Origin: Microbotryum violaceum
Taxonomy: Eukaryota
Direction: 5' to 3'
DNA length: 64,000 nt
NCBI GenBank assembly: GCA_001244265.2
Contig: CDLV01000012.1
Location: 1,426,001-1,490,000, forward strand
The position numbers and the translations under genes are program-made. The notes below the pieces were generated by a model that ran no database searches, was not told the origin of the DNA, and saw nothing but the letters and a program-made list of their open reading frames with translations. Shown in pieces: positions 33,725-45,414 of this stretch. Numbering within the stretch: the first letter of the stretch is position 1; every line of letters starts with the position of its first letter.

Positions 33725-34884
33725 GGATGTAGCGCGCGGCTGAGAACCTTATTTTGTCGTGCAATATTTAATGTAGATGTAGATTAGAGTGTCATTTTAA
33801 TCCATCAAATGACAAATGATAAACAAAGATGCGATCCTATTCGAGTCCATTTCAATTTGAAAAGGCTCGTTGGCGGTCGCGCTGGATGCGCTCTCCGCCA
33901 GCTTGGCCTCTTGGTATTGGTGCTTGGTGCGCGCGCGCAACCTTTCCCGCCCGCGCGGGCGGGAACGCAGTCTGCGCGTAGCGCAGAAAATTTTCTGAGC
34001 ATTGTACAGCTTGTAGAGTAGGTTTGAGAAATTATTCAACACTAGGCGGCCCTCATTGGATATTTTCAGTCAGAATCCGGAAAATACATTGAACATTTTG
34101 CCTCGAAAAATGCCGTTTTTAGAGGGCCGCCTATGGCTGGGCTTTCGGGGGTCCTGACTAGAGAGAGCTAGAGAGTGGACTGACTGGCCGAGAGGCGCTC
34201 AGTGATCGAAGTTGACGCTTGTACGCGCTCTCCAGTTCACCGAGGTCAGAGCTCAGCGCTCCGCGACCTGCCTTTGGTGTGTTACTTGTGTTTTAGCACA
34301 CAGCAGGTGAGTTGGTCTTTCCTAGTCCAAGAATCTAAGATTATGAGCGGCTGCCTCGATGCGCGGTGTCGCTCGGGGCGTGTACGGCGACTGTCCGCCG
34401 TTGACCCGCCTCGCTTTGTGGTGTATGTGCTGCCGACCGGCTGCTCCCGCTGCTGCAGTGGGGCGTGACTCGAGCATAGATCGAACACATCGTCTACATC
34501 ATTCTAAAGGCTGACAGAATCACTGTATACCCCGTCACCCTAGCTCAGTCACCGTAATCGTTCCGATTGTACCATCGCACACCCTCGAGTCGAGCTCCCT
34601 TTGGCGCGAGTGGCTCTGATTGATCATTGTGGCGAGCCACCTCGCGACGAACCACAACCACATCCTCTCGACCGCACTGTGAAGCTCGCAACGCACGCCA
34701 ACCTTTGCCACGACCAGTCATACCTCCGATCACGCCTCTTCAACAGCTAGTCTACCTTTGGCCGCTCGCTGTACCCGAACGACGGCGGTAGAACAAACGG
34801 CTTGACTTGGTTGCCCAGCGCCGAACACGTATACGGCATCTGGCCCTCGTTCAACCTTTCCCGTCCTTAACACTTGCTCGCCCA

Positions 34885-34911
34885 CTGCTGCTGCTGCTGC
34901 TGCTGCTGCTG
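34885..34911 (+). repeat. (CTG)9 microsatellite just upstream of the adenylate cyclase ATG
   Basis: 27-nt perfect CTG run. Confidence 0.95.
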
Positions 34912-34949
34912 GTACTGCCGCTGCAACGTGACACGCTCCCGTGCCTACG

Positions 34950-37900
34950 ATGCCGACCTCGGCTTCGACGTTCGACATGGACGACTCGGTCGTACCACGC
35001 TCGTCCAAGCAAGCCAAGATGCTCGGCGTCGGGATCGACGCGGGGCCGTCCGTCTTCAACTCGCGGTCGCACTCCTCAGCCGCGCCGACTACCGGGAGGA
35101 GTCTACCACCACTCCGAACGATCAACACCGCTCAACCCAACTCGTCGTACCTCGCCGCACCCAACGACGGTCTCTCCAAGCTGCACACACCAGCCTCGGC
35201 GGCCAGCAGCTCGTACGTGACCCCGATGGGCCCAGGTTCCGACATGCTCTCCGACACCTGGAACGGGTGGGGCGCCAAACTCGCCGCTTCGTCGTGGCAG
35301 GGCAGCGACAATAAGTTTACGAGTAGTCCACGCGCCGAAGGCACGTCATCGCGAAATGAGGTGATTTTCTTGTTGTTTCTTGTGGTTTTCCTACACCTTG
35401 CCGGAGTGGGTGCTGACGGCTGATGCGTTGTACGCCACCTCGATCAGAGCAAATCTTCACGAAATGCCGTGTCCTCACAGTCGCTGCGGGTCAACCAAAA
35501 CCCTGGACTCTCCCGTACCGACTCGGTAGGCTCCTCATCGACGCCTCGAAAATTCGACATGGGCAGCGCCAGCAAGGAGAAGAAGAAGGGCTTGTTTGGC
35601 GGCTTCCTCAAGCGCAAAGTCAGCCGCAGCCAGTTCGCGGGGGAAACAGAATCGATGACAATGCCTCCGGAAGCAACCTCGTTCGATAACGTCGCTTTGC
35701 CACCCAAACTCCAGGCTCGTGGCGACGCGATGGACACTCTGAGCCGCACCACGACATACGGCAACCTTGGCACCCCCGATTCGTCTAAACGGCTCATCAC
35801 CCGCAACCGAAAAGCATCGACAGCACCGAATGGGAGACGAGGCAATTCACCACCTCGGCCAGGTACAACGACCAGTGTCGGTCGTCAGGCCTCGGTCTTT
35901 TCCGCCGATCCATCCATCTCGCTCGACACCGATCTCAACAACCTTGACGGCATTGTCAATCCGAGCGCCATTTCTTCGTCGACGCCGCTGCATCGGTCCC
36001 GATCACTTGCCTCGAGCTTTGACGCCGGGATGGGGGCGGCAGCGGCGAGCCCGACGATGAATCAAGGGCGGAGGCCATCTGCTGGGATGCCACTGCTGAT
36101 GCGGCGCATGTCGAACGAGCGAGGGCTGGGCCTCTCGGACGGCAACGGACCAGAGACGCTGAACCTCTCATCACTGGGCGTGAACGCTGGTATGAGTGGG
36201 TCTCGAACGAACGGGAGTCTTTCGGGCGCGAGTGGGCCGGCGTCGTTCTGGAGCAATGGCGCGTCGCAGCCGAGTGGTACCATCAGTCCCATGAGCGAGG
36301 TGCCGCCCAACAACCTCTCGTCGTCGTCACCCGTCACAGCTGCTCGGGCGATGTTGTCACGGCCCAGTTTCGTTCGATCGTCTTCGGGACTCAGTACCAG
36401 GACACACACAGGAGGGAACGGCGACGTCGGCTCGAACGGAGGCCCGGGGAGCGTTGGCTCTGGTCGGAGACCTTCCATTGCGGTCGGTCAGACCAATGAT
36501 CTTTTCGCGCCTGGGGCATTGGCCTCGACACCTACACCGACGACGTCGAACACGACGAGCACTGCACAGACTGGACCGGGGGCATGGACCGCCCCTGATT
36601 CTTGGGCTGTCAAAGCTGAGATGGGAGGGATGGACCATGACGACATTTCCTCGGACGAGGAAGACGAGGATGATGATGAGGATAACCGAATCGAGGAGAT
36701 AGAGAGTGACTCGGTGATGTCGCCTGAATCGAAACCGGCAAAGGTGTTTGGGTACGACGAGAGTGGGGGTTTGAGGCCGCCAGCTGCGGGAGGGAGACCG
36801 ATTACGAGAGGTGGGAGACCGGGGACCTCGGATGGGATGGGGGGTAGGATAACAGCGTCAAAGAGCGTAGGTTCTGCGGTGATGCTGAGGATCCGGACAT
36901 TGTGTGCTGACGTTTTCGACCTTCCTATGCAGTTCATGATGCGGATCACGCGCGAAAATTCGACCTTCTCGACTCTGCCGGTCCCCTTGACGGTCACTGC
37001 GGGTGAATTGACGGCAACGTTAGCTCGACGATTTCAAATCAGTCATGCCAAGACGGCGTATGCTCTGTACCTGCGGGAAAAGGGCTACGAACGACGCGTC
37101 GGCGCGAACGAGAAGCCGATGCTGCTGCAGAAGCGGCGGTTCGAACAAGCCGGGTACACCGAATTGGACAAGCTCGAAGAGCTCGGCCGAGAGGACAATG
37201 CGTACCTGTGCAAGTTCATCTACAAACCTGCGCATCCGTCGATCGCGGCGGGGGAGGAGGACGTGAACGAGACGAATCTCGAGTTCGTCGACCTCTCCGG
37301 GCGGCCGGTCGAGACCATCCCGATTTACCTGTACCGACACGCGCACGAGATCGTCAGTTTGAATCTGTCCAAGAACCGACCGTTTGATCTGCCGACCGAT
37401 TTCGTGCAGCTGTGTACGTCGTTGCGCGAACTGGTGCTGTCCCACATGGGCATCAAGAGGATCCCGCAGGCGGTCAAGGAGTGCTACAGCTTGACGCGAC
37501 TCGACATTTCGAACAACCACATCGTCGATCTTGAGCATATCGCTCTGGAAGAAGTAGGGGAGTTGATGTCGCTCAAATGCCACAACAATCGATTGTGGAC
37601 GTTGCCGGATTACTTTGCGCGCTTCACGCAGCTCAGGTACCTCAACCTGAGCAACAACCGCTTTGACTCGGTTCCCGCGGTCGTGACCGAGATCTCGTCG
37701 CTCGTCGAACTCGATATCTCATTCAACACCGTCTCCGCTGTGCCTCCCGAGATTGGGCATCTGAAGAACCTCGAACGGCTCGTCTTGCTCGCCAACACGA
37801 TCAACACCTTGCCGACGACGTTGACGAACTTGGTCCATCTCAAGGAGCTCGACTGTCGCCGCAACTTCATCGCCGACTTGTCCCCGATTGCGAGTGTGGC

Positions 37901-40900
37901 TCAACTCGAGGTCTTGCGATGCGAGCACAATCAGGCTTCGGCGTTGGACGCGACATGGTCACAGATGCGCATCCTCTCGGCTTCGAACAACTCGCTGACT
38001 CGGTTCGGTCTCGCGGGCACGGGTCGGTCGCTGACCTCGTTGAACTTGTCGTTCGCGAAATTGTCGACGCTTGCAACGGACATGTTCGACCACCTCGGCT
38101 CGGTCGAAACGCTCATCTTTGATAGCAATCAATTGCGCGTCTTGCCCGACGGGATTGGCGGCCTGTCGAACCTCGTTCATCTCTCGATCAAGAACAACAT
38201 TTTGGGTCTCTTGCCCGATAACCTTGGGCGGTTGCAAAGGCTGCAGACGCTCCAAGTTTCTGGCAACAACTTGCCAACGCTGCCGTCGAGCATATGGATG
38301 TGCGGGCAGTTGACTTCGTTGAACGCGAGCTCAAACTTGATGCACGACTTTCCGGACCCACCGCTGTCAGTTGCGACGGCGACTCAGGCGATGTTGACGC
38401 CCGAAGGTGGGCTGGAGGAGTTAGAGGCTCGCAAGGGATCGACGGTCTCGAAGGCACCTTCTACCTCCTCTGGCCGAATCGCTTCGCCTTTGGCACTGAG
38501 CCTGCAAAAGCTCTACCTCGGTGACAATACCTTGGGCGACGACGTCTTTGCCCCCATCTCGCTCATGACCGAATTGAGGGTCCTCAACGTCAGCCACAAC
38601 GATATTCTCGAGATCCCACCGTCGTCGTTGTTCAAGTTGCAGCAGCTGGAAGAGCTTTACCTTTCGGGGAACAAGATGACGAGTCTGCCTCCCGACGACC
38701 TGGAGCGATTGCACAACCTCAAGTTGTTGTATCTCAATGGAAACAAGGTTAGTTGGTCTCGGGTTGCCGTCGCCGTGTTTTGCGACGCGTGAAGCTGATG
38801 GCTCAACGCCGTGGTGCCCTTGCGTGTGGGGTGTAGCTCCAAACGCTGCCTGCCGAACTGGGCAAAATCAAGAAGCTGTTCGCGCTTGATGTTGGAAACA
38901 ACGCACTCAAGTACAACGTCGTCAATTGGCCGTATGATTGGAACTGGTGCGTATTCGATTGCTTTCAGTGCTTTCAAGTGCCGAAGAGCTGATTCCCTCA
39001 ATTGCTGTGCATAGGAACTGGAACTTGGAACTGCGCTTCCTCAACCTGTCGGGCAATAAACGACTAGAGATCAAACCTGGACATCAGAATGACGATCCGA
39101 GTGTCCCCCGCAACGCCAAGCGACGCAACCTCGCCGACTTTTCGGCTCTGACCAAGCTGCACATCCTGGGTCTGATGGACGTTACACTCATGATCCCTTC
39201 GGTACCGGACGAGAGTGAGGATCGACGCGTGCGCATGTCCCTGTCCGAGATCAATGACATGGGCTATGGCATAGCAGACACTTTGGGCCAGCGCCTCGAG
39301 ACGTTGACCTTGGTCGACATCGTCATCCCGCGCTTCCGGTCCAAGGACGACGAAGCCATCTTTGGTCTCTTTGATGCGGTCAACAAGGGCCAGAACACGG
39401 ATGCGAAGCTCGTGAAGTATCTGCAGAATTACTTCACGGCGATCTTTACGCTCGAGCTGTCGAGGCTCAAGAGCGGTGAGGTCACGAGCGATGCCTTACG
39501 ACGCGCCTTCCTCGGCATCAACCGCGACTACGGCAACATGCTCCTTCCGACGCTCGAGACACGGCGCAAGGACTCGGAGATCAGCTTGACCGATCGGTCG
39601 CACGCCTCGGCTCGGACGGGAGCGGCAGGTATCATCGTCTACATCCGCCGCAAGCGAGTGTATGTCGCCAATGCGGGCAATGCGCTCGCCGTCATCGCCG
39701 GTCGTGGTGGAACGTCAAGGTTCATCTCGAAGCGACACGAGCCATTCGAACCGGCCGAGGTTGCGCGCATCCGCACGGCCGAAGGATGGATCTCGCATCG
39801 TGGTTACGTCAATGACGAAGTCGACATCTCGCGTTCTTTCGGGTTCTACAACGTCTTCCCCGCGATTAACGCCTCTCCCAACATCGAAGAATTCGAGCTG
39901 GCCGACACGGACGAGTTCATCATCATTGCCAATCGAGGGTTGTGGGAGCACATGTCGTACCAGATGGCCGTCGACGTTGCCCGCACGGAGCGAGCCGACC
40001 CCATGGCTGCCGCTGCCAAGTTGCGTGATCTAGCCATCTCGTACGGTTCGTCGAACAACATCATGGTCATGGTTCTGGCCGTCGGCGACCTCTTCAGCAA
40101 GACCAAAAAGAATTACCGAGGCGTGCAGCGAGGTGTCGCTATGGCCAACGACGACGAGGGCTTCTATGGTGCTCATCGAACGGGACAAGCGTTACGTCGC
40201 GGTAAGCAGGAAGAAGCCGCCGGCGAGCGCTATCTCAACCTGCTCGATCGAGAGGTGGCCCCGCCCGTAGGGATGGTGGCCTTGGTCTTTACAGATATCC
40301 GCAACTCGACCGCATTGTGGGAATCGAACCCGGGCATGCAGACCGCCATTCGCATGCACAACCAGCTCTTCCGTCGTCAGCTTCGTGCCATCGGTGGCTA
40401 CGAGGTCAAGACTGAAGGTGACGCCTTCATGATTTCGTTCCCGACCGTGACGGGAGCCCTCTTGTTTTGCTTGACCGTCCAACTCGAGCTCCTGCGCGAG
40501 GATTGGCCCCAAGAGATCCTTGACTCGGAGGAGGGCAAGGAAATCACCGACTCCAAGGGCGAGACGATCTACCGTGGTCTGTCGGTGCGCATGGGTATTC
40601 ACTGGGGTCAACCCGTGTGCGAAGCAGACCCCATTACCCGTCGAATGGACTACTTTGGTCCGGTCGTCAACCGCGCGGCGCGTATCGCCTCGATCGCAGA
40701 GGGCGGTCAGATCTCGGCCAGTCAGGACGTCATTGATATTATTCAGGTCAGTTAGGATTCGTCGCTGTCTTCGTCTCTGCACGGAAGTATACTGAATCGT
40801 AGTCTCCACTCTTTCGCCACTAGGATGTTGTCATGGAGATGAAACCAGAGCCGTCTTCACTCGACAGCGACTCTGGTTCGTCGCCCGACGAAGAGGAGTG

Positions 40901-41552
40901 GATTGACCCCAACGAGAAGCAAGACATCCTCGCCCTGCGTCGTCTCGGCTTCGGTATCTCGGAGCTGGGTGAACGTCGTCTCAAGGGTCTCGAAGCTCCC
41001 GAGCTGGTGTCCCTCATCTGGCCTAAGGCACTCAAGGAACGCATCAAGCTCTCGGGCGACAAGGACGAACAGCAACGGACCGAGGTGTTCGATCCTTCAT
41101 CCCAGGTCCTCGATGTGTCCGTCGTCAAGGGCTTCGGCCGAGTCACGCATCGTCTCGAAGCAGTGGCCGCGGCTTTGGTTCACCCAAAGCGAAAAGACGG
41201 TCATGGCGATCACCCGACCGAACTGGCGGTGGCGAACCGACAGGCCCCCATTTTCCCGACCTCGCTCGCGTACCCGATCCGACCCGATGCCGCCGACGAA
41301 GAAATCGCGGCCTTGCTCGAGGGCTACCTCATGCGTATTGAGAATGTCCTCTCGACCCTCGTCCTCCACCAACTCGGTCCCTTCACCGAGATCCTCGCCG
41401 CCCTCGGCTCGGCGATTAAAACCGATCCGAGAAGCATCATGCTCGCGCTCAGCCGCTACGCTGCGATCATGCATTCCCTCCCCCCTACGACCCCGAATTC
41501 ACCTCCACCACCTTCTTCTTCTCCCCCCGCTGTTGTCACCAATACTCTATAG
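34950..41552 (+). CDS. CYR1: Fungal adenylate cyclase (RA, LRR, PP2C-like and class III cyclase domains)
   Basis: WTAPDSWAVK; Ras-association region; long LRR array; NWPYDWNW/NWNLELRFLNLSGN; PP2C-like domain; catalytic VFTDIRNST, EVKTEGDAF and DYFGPVVNRAARI. Start tentatively ATG 34950. Confidence 0.95.
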
Positions 41553-41884
41553 GCTTTGTGTTTCCCCAGGCTTGTTTTTCCTTTTCCTTTTCTTTCTGTA
41601 CCAGCGTGTTCCTCGCCACCCCCTCATGTCGTCTTTTTGCCCCTCTCAGAATCATCTCTATACCAATGTCGTGCGTCCTTCTGGAGAATCCTGCACACAC
41701 CCGTAATTACTGTACCAAGGGCCGTGTAATTAAAGAAGTTATGTTTACTCTTGGGACTCTTAGTTCGACTTTTCTGAGCATACATACCATCAGGCGCCTG
41801 CCATTGAGTGAACCAATTGCTGTCTATGCCTGTCTAGTACAAAGTGATACAAACAAAGGACTCTTCACCGACTGGGCGACAGAA

Positions 41885-44672
41885 TCACTTCTTGCCGCTC
41901 TTTTTCTTCTTCTTCCCCTTCTTACCCGTTGATGTCGGGTCGCCCTCATTATGGGCTTTGACGACTTTGGTCACCGTTGCTGTGGTGACTGCTTCTTTAG
42001 CTACAGGATCCTCCTCCTTCGTCGTCACTGGAGAAGAGTTCACCTGCGCATCCTCGACAGTTGGTCGTTTAACGACCTTGTTCGCCTCCCCACCACTCGC
42101 ACTCGCACTCGCATTCGCACTCCCCTCAGCCCTCGCAGCCTCCCTCGCCTCCCTCTCCTGTCGTTCGCCCAACACACTCAACCAACTCTCTCCAACCTCA
42201 TTCCTCAACTGTTCAATCTTCTTCCGAAAAGCCTCTCCGCTATTCTCAGGACCTGATCCCGAACCTGAAGAGGCAGATTTGAGGTCGCCTCCGCGAGAGG
42301 GGGAATGATCCCTATTCGGAGGGGAGGTGGAGAGGTATGATATAGGGGGCTCAAAAGTCGAGGCGGAGAGTCGCTGCCGCCGGGCTGAGGGCTTGGATGG
42401 GGATGTCAGGGAGGAACCGGTCACGGAGGAGAGGGATTTCACTGTTCGGCTGCCTGTATTCAGCTTCGGAGACTGGTGGTGATGGTGGTGGTGGTCTACG
42501 TCGCTCAGGCCTGAGGAATCACCACCGGGTCGAGGGGAGGGTCCATCGAGGTTGACGATGCGTCGCGGTTTGCGATGTGCAGAATCGGTCGATGTCGGTG
42601 CGGGTCGGGACGAGTTGACGACTTTGGTCGGTCCTAACGAAGGTGACGATGTAGGCGAAGCGGAACTTTCCATTGCCGAGGTCGAAGTAAGTCCCATCGA
42701 CGCGTTGGGTAAAGGTGAAGGAGGAGGTGACAAAGCCATCCGATGATGTTTGCCCTGTTGATGAGGTGTCGTCACAACCCTCCGACTGACGATCTTGGCC
42801 TCCCCCGCCGTCCTCGCTTCCTCCGTCCTCGCCCGATCCGCCATCCCCAACCCCGCAGCAGCACTCGCGGACCTCCTCAACGTCGACGATCCCCTCGAAT
42901 CCGACTTGGACCCATTCTGGCCCTCCGAAGAGGAAAAGTCGTCAAAGGTGACTTGGCCTCCTTCGAAATAGGTCATACACTTGTTCTTCCATCCTTCTTC
43001 TCCTCCGTCATGAACACTCCGTGTGAAAGGGTTACTTTGGACCCAAACCTCCCTCAAAAGAGGCAATTCTTGTAATCGACTGATCTCCAACGCCTCTTGT
43101 AATCGATTCGAACGGACGTCGATACGCTCGAGAGCGAGGAGCCGATCCAAGCCTGCCAGGTTCGAGAGACGGTTGTGCGAGAGGTTGAGGACTTGGACTG
43201 CTCCGAGAATTTTGGAGATTCCGACGAGCGAATCGATCATGTTGTCAGAGAGGTTGAGCGATCTGAGAGAGTGGAGCGCTGAAAGACCCGTTGGGACTGA
43301 AATGAGGAGGTTCGAGGAGAGATCGAGGGAGGTTAGAGAAGAGGCGAGGTGGTGCAAGGGCGGTGTGGGGACGAAGGTGAGAGAGTTGTGAGAGAGCGAG
43401 AGGTGGCGCAGCTGCGACCAAGCGTATCGCGGTGGTATCGGGTATGATGCGGTGGAAGGGGATGGCGGTACACCATCGTCTGTACGGCCGAAGGATGTGT
43501 CGTGGGCCGGGTGCTCTGGTTCCTCGTCTCCCTCGACAGCGATCTCGGCCGACAGTGGGCCCTTCTGCCGCTTTATCCGTTCTTGCCCCACTTGACCGGC
43601 CCCTTTTTTCCGCCTCTCAACATCCTCGACAACGACATCGCAAATCAACTCCCCAATATCCTCGATCCCGCTACGATGAATCTGTAGGCTCCTCAACTGC
43701 GCGCTCATTACGTCCCAACCCAAGAACCCCCTCGGATCGAGATCTTCCAAGATGAGGCTTTGGAGGTTTTTGAACGCGTACAGAGGAACGGTCGTCTGGT
43801 CTGGAGGGCAATCTTGAAAGTCCTGAACGGCTTTGGAGAGTAGTGGGGAGGCGTGGTGACCTGGTAACGGTCCCGCGGCTTTGGGTGATGATGAACGGGA
43901 GCGAGTGATGAACGGCGAGAGCTTGAGCGCGGGCAGTTTGGTGCAGCTTGCGTAGAGGTATTTGACGTCGACGGATTCATCAACAGGTGCCTTGGTCGAT
44001 CCCCACCACCCTGAACCGATCGAAAAGGACGAGATGCCCGAACGGAACGAGGCCGTGTCCGAATCCTTCTTTCTGGTCGTCGTCGTCGATGCGGATCCGG
44101 ATCCCCCACCTCCGAACGCGCCTGCCCACCACCCCGATGCTTGCTCCTCTGGTACGCCGGACAGCCCATAGTCGATCATCATGGGCCGATGAACACCACC
44201 CTCTATCCGCACATCGAGGTCACCGAGATTCGCGATGCCGAGCTCGTCGAATTTGAGCAGGAGAAAGTAGAGGTGGTGCGGATCGAACTCGAGCACAAGG
44301 GGCGCTTTACGTTGGTGGCTGGCTACGGGGGAGGACGCATCGGACGAGGCGATGATTCCGAGGGAGAGGATAGAGGACCATGCAGGGAGAGAGGAGCTGG
44401 ATGGGGTCGGCCGTCTTCCAAAGTCGGCGAGCTTGGACTCGTGACGTCGCACGAACGAGGCCAGCTCGGTGATGTAGCTCCCGCCTTGGACCGTATCGGC
44501 ATGCACGGGTGACGAGGTAGCACCTGTGCAAGTCATCCCGGTGTTGGAGGTGAAGGATGAGGGCAGCTGAGCCTGAATCGGGCTGTTCAGAGTGAGAGCA
44601 GACCGGGGATCAGCACGTGCAATGGGCGGGGGTCAGCGAGCGAATAAGAGTCACTCACGCATGACTCCTCAT
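41885..44672 (-). CDS. Leucine-rich repeat protein (conserved fungal, nischarin/STK11IP-like)
   Basis: 883-aa ORF with LRRs (LRHLSLSHNSL, LTSLDLSSNLL, LNLSDNMI, LNLSHNRL). A short first exon (MRSHA, from 44672) splices in frame. Confidence 0.8.
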
Positions 44673-45414
44673 CGGAGGGAGCGCACGACGATGGGATCAC
44701 CTCCTTATTGAGATCGTGTCTGCACTCGTCTTTTGATCGAGGTGAGACGGCGGAGAAGGTGTGTGTGGGGCGAAAGAGGAGAGGAGCTACTACGATTAGT
44801 CGGCTAGACAGGCCAGGACGAGGTGAGACAGGTCTTGACAGGTGAGCACGTGAGCCCTGCTGCTGGTCGAGCCCGGCTGTACAGCGCTCAGTGAGGGCTC
44901 AGTGAGGGCTCTACAAGGGCTCCACGAAAGCTCTCGCTGGTGAGGTCGCGGGCAGTGGCGGGCGCGCGTCAGGCCGTCACTTGTCTTGGCGTTGCCTAAC
45001 GCCGAGTCGGGGGACTCAATTCAAGAGTCCGCATTAGATCAGATCACCGTCAGATCAGAACAGATCAATTTGATCTGAGACCTAATTTGGCGCAGAGAGA
45101 CTTCTACATGTCTACACGTTGAAATCTGCATCTTCTTCCTCCACAAGCTCGCGATCGGGTGGCCGAGGACCACGGTAGGTGGTTGGCTGCAAGGGCTTTT
45201 GAAGAAGAAGTGGTCTGCATTTCCACAAAGAAGTGGCTTGCAAAGGTATAATCAACCGCTTGGATTCTAGGAAACGGAAAATGAACAACGAGCGCAAGAG
45301 TTAGAAACGGAGATTGCTGGTTCATCCGATTCCAAAGAGACAAAAATACACATCGCGACGGGAGAGCTTTTTGCTTGCTTAAGCTGAGCCACCGATCCGA
45401 TTTCGAGGGTATTT

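Larger units (their letters stand above)
32935..34155. mobile_element. Non-autonomous TIR DNA transposon (1221 bp) with nested insertions
   Basis: 31-bp TIRs match at 29/31 positions (AGGACTCCCGAAAGCCCAGCCAGAGGCGGCC at 32935-32965; reverse complement at 34125-34155). Flanking direct repeat GACTAG at 32929-32934 and 34156-34161. Subterminal GCAAATTTGGACA repeats; no transposase. Confidence 0.88.
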
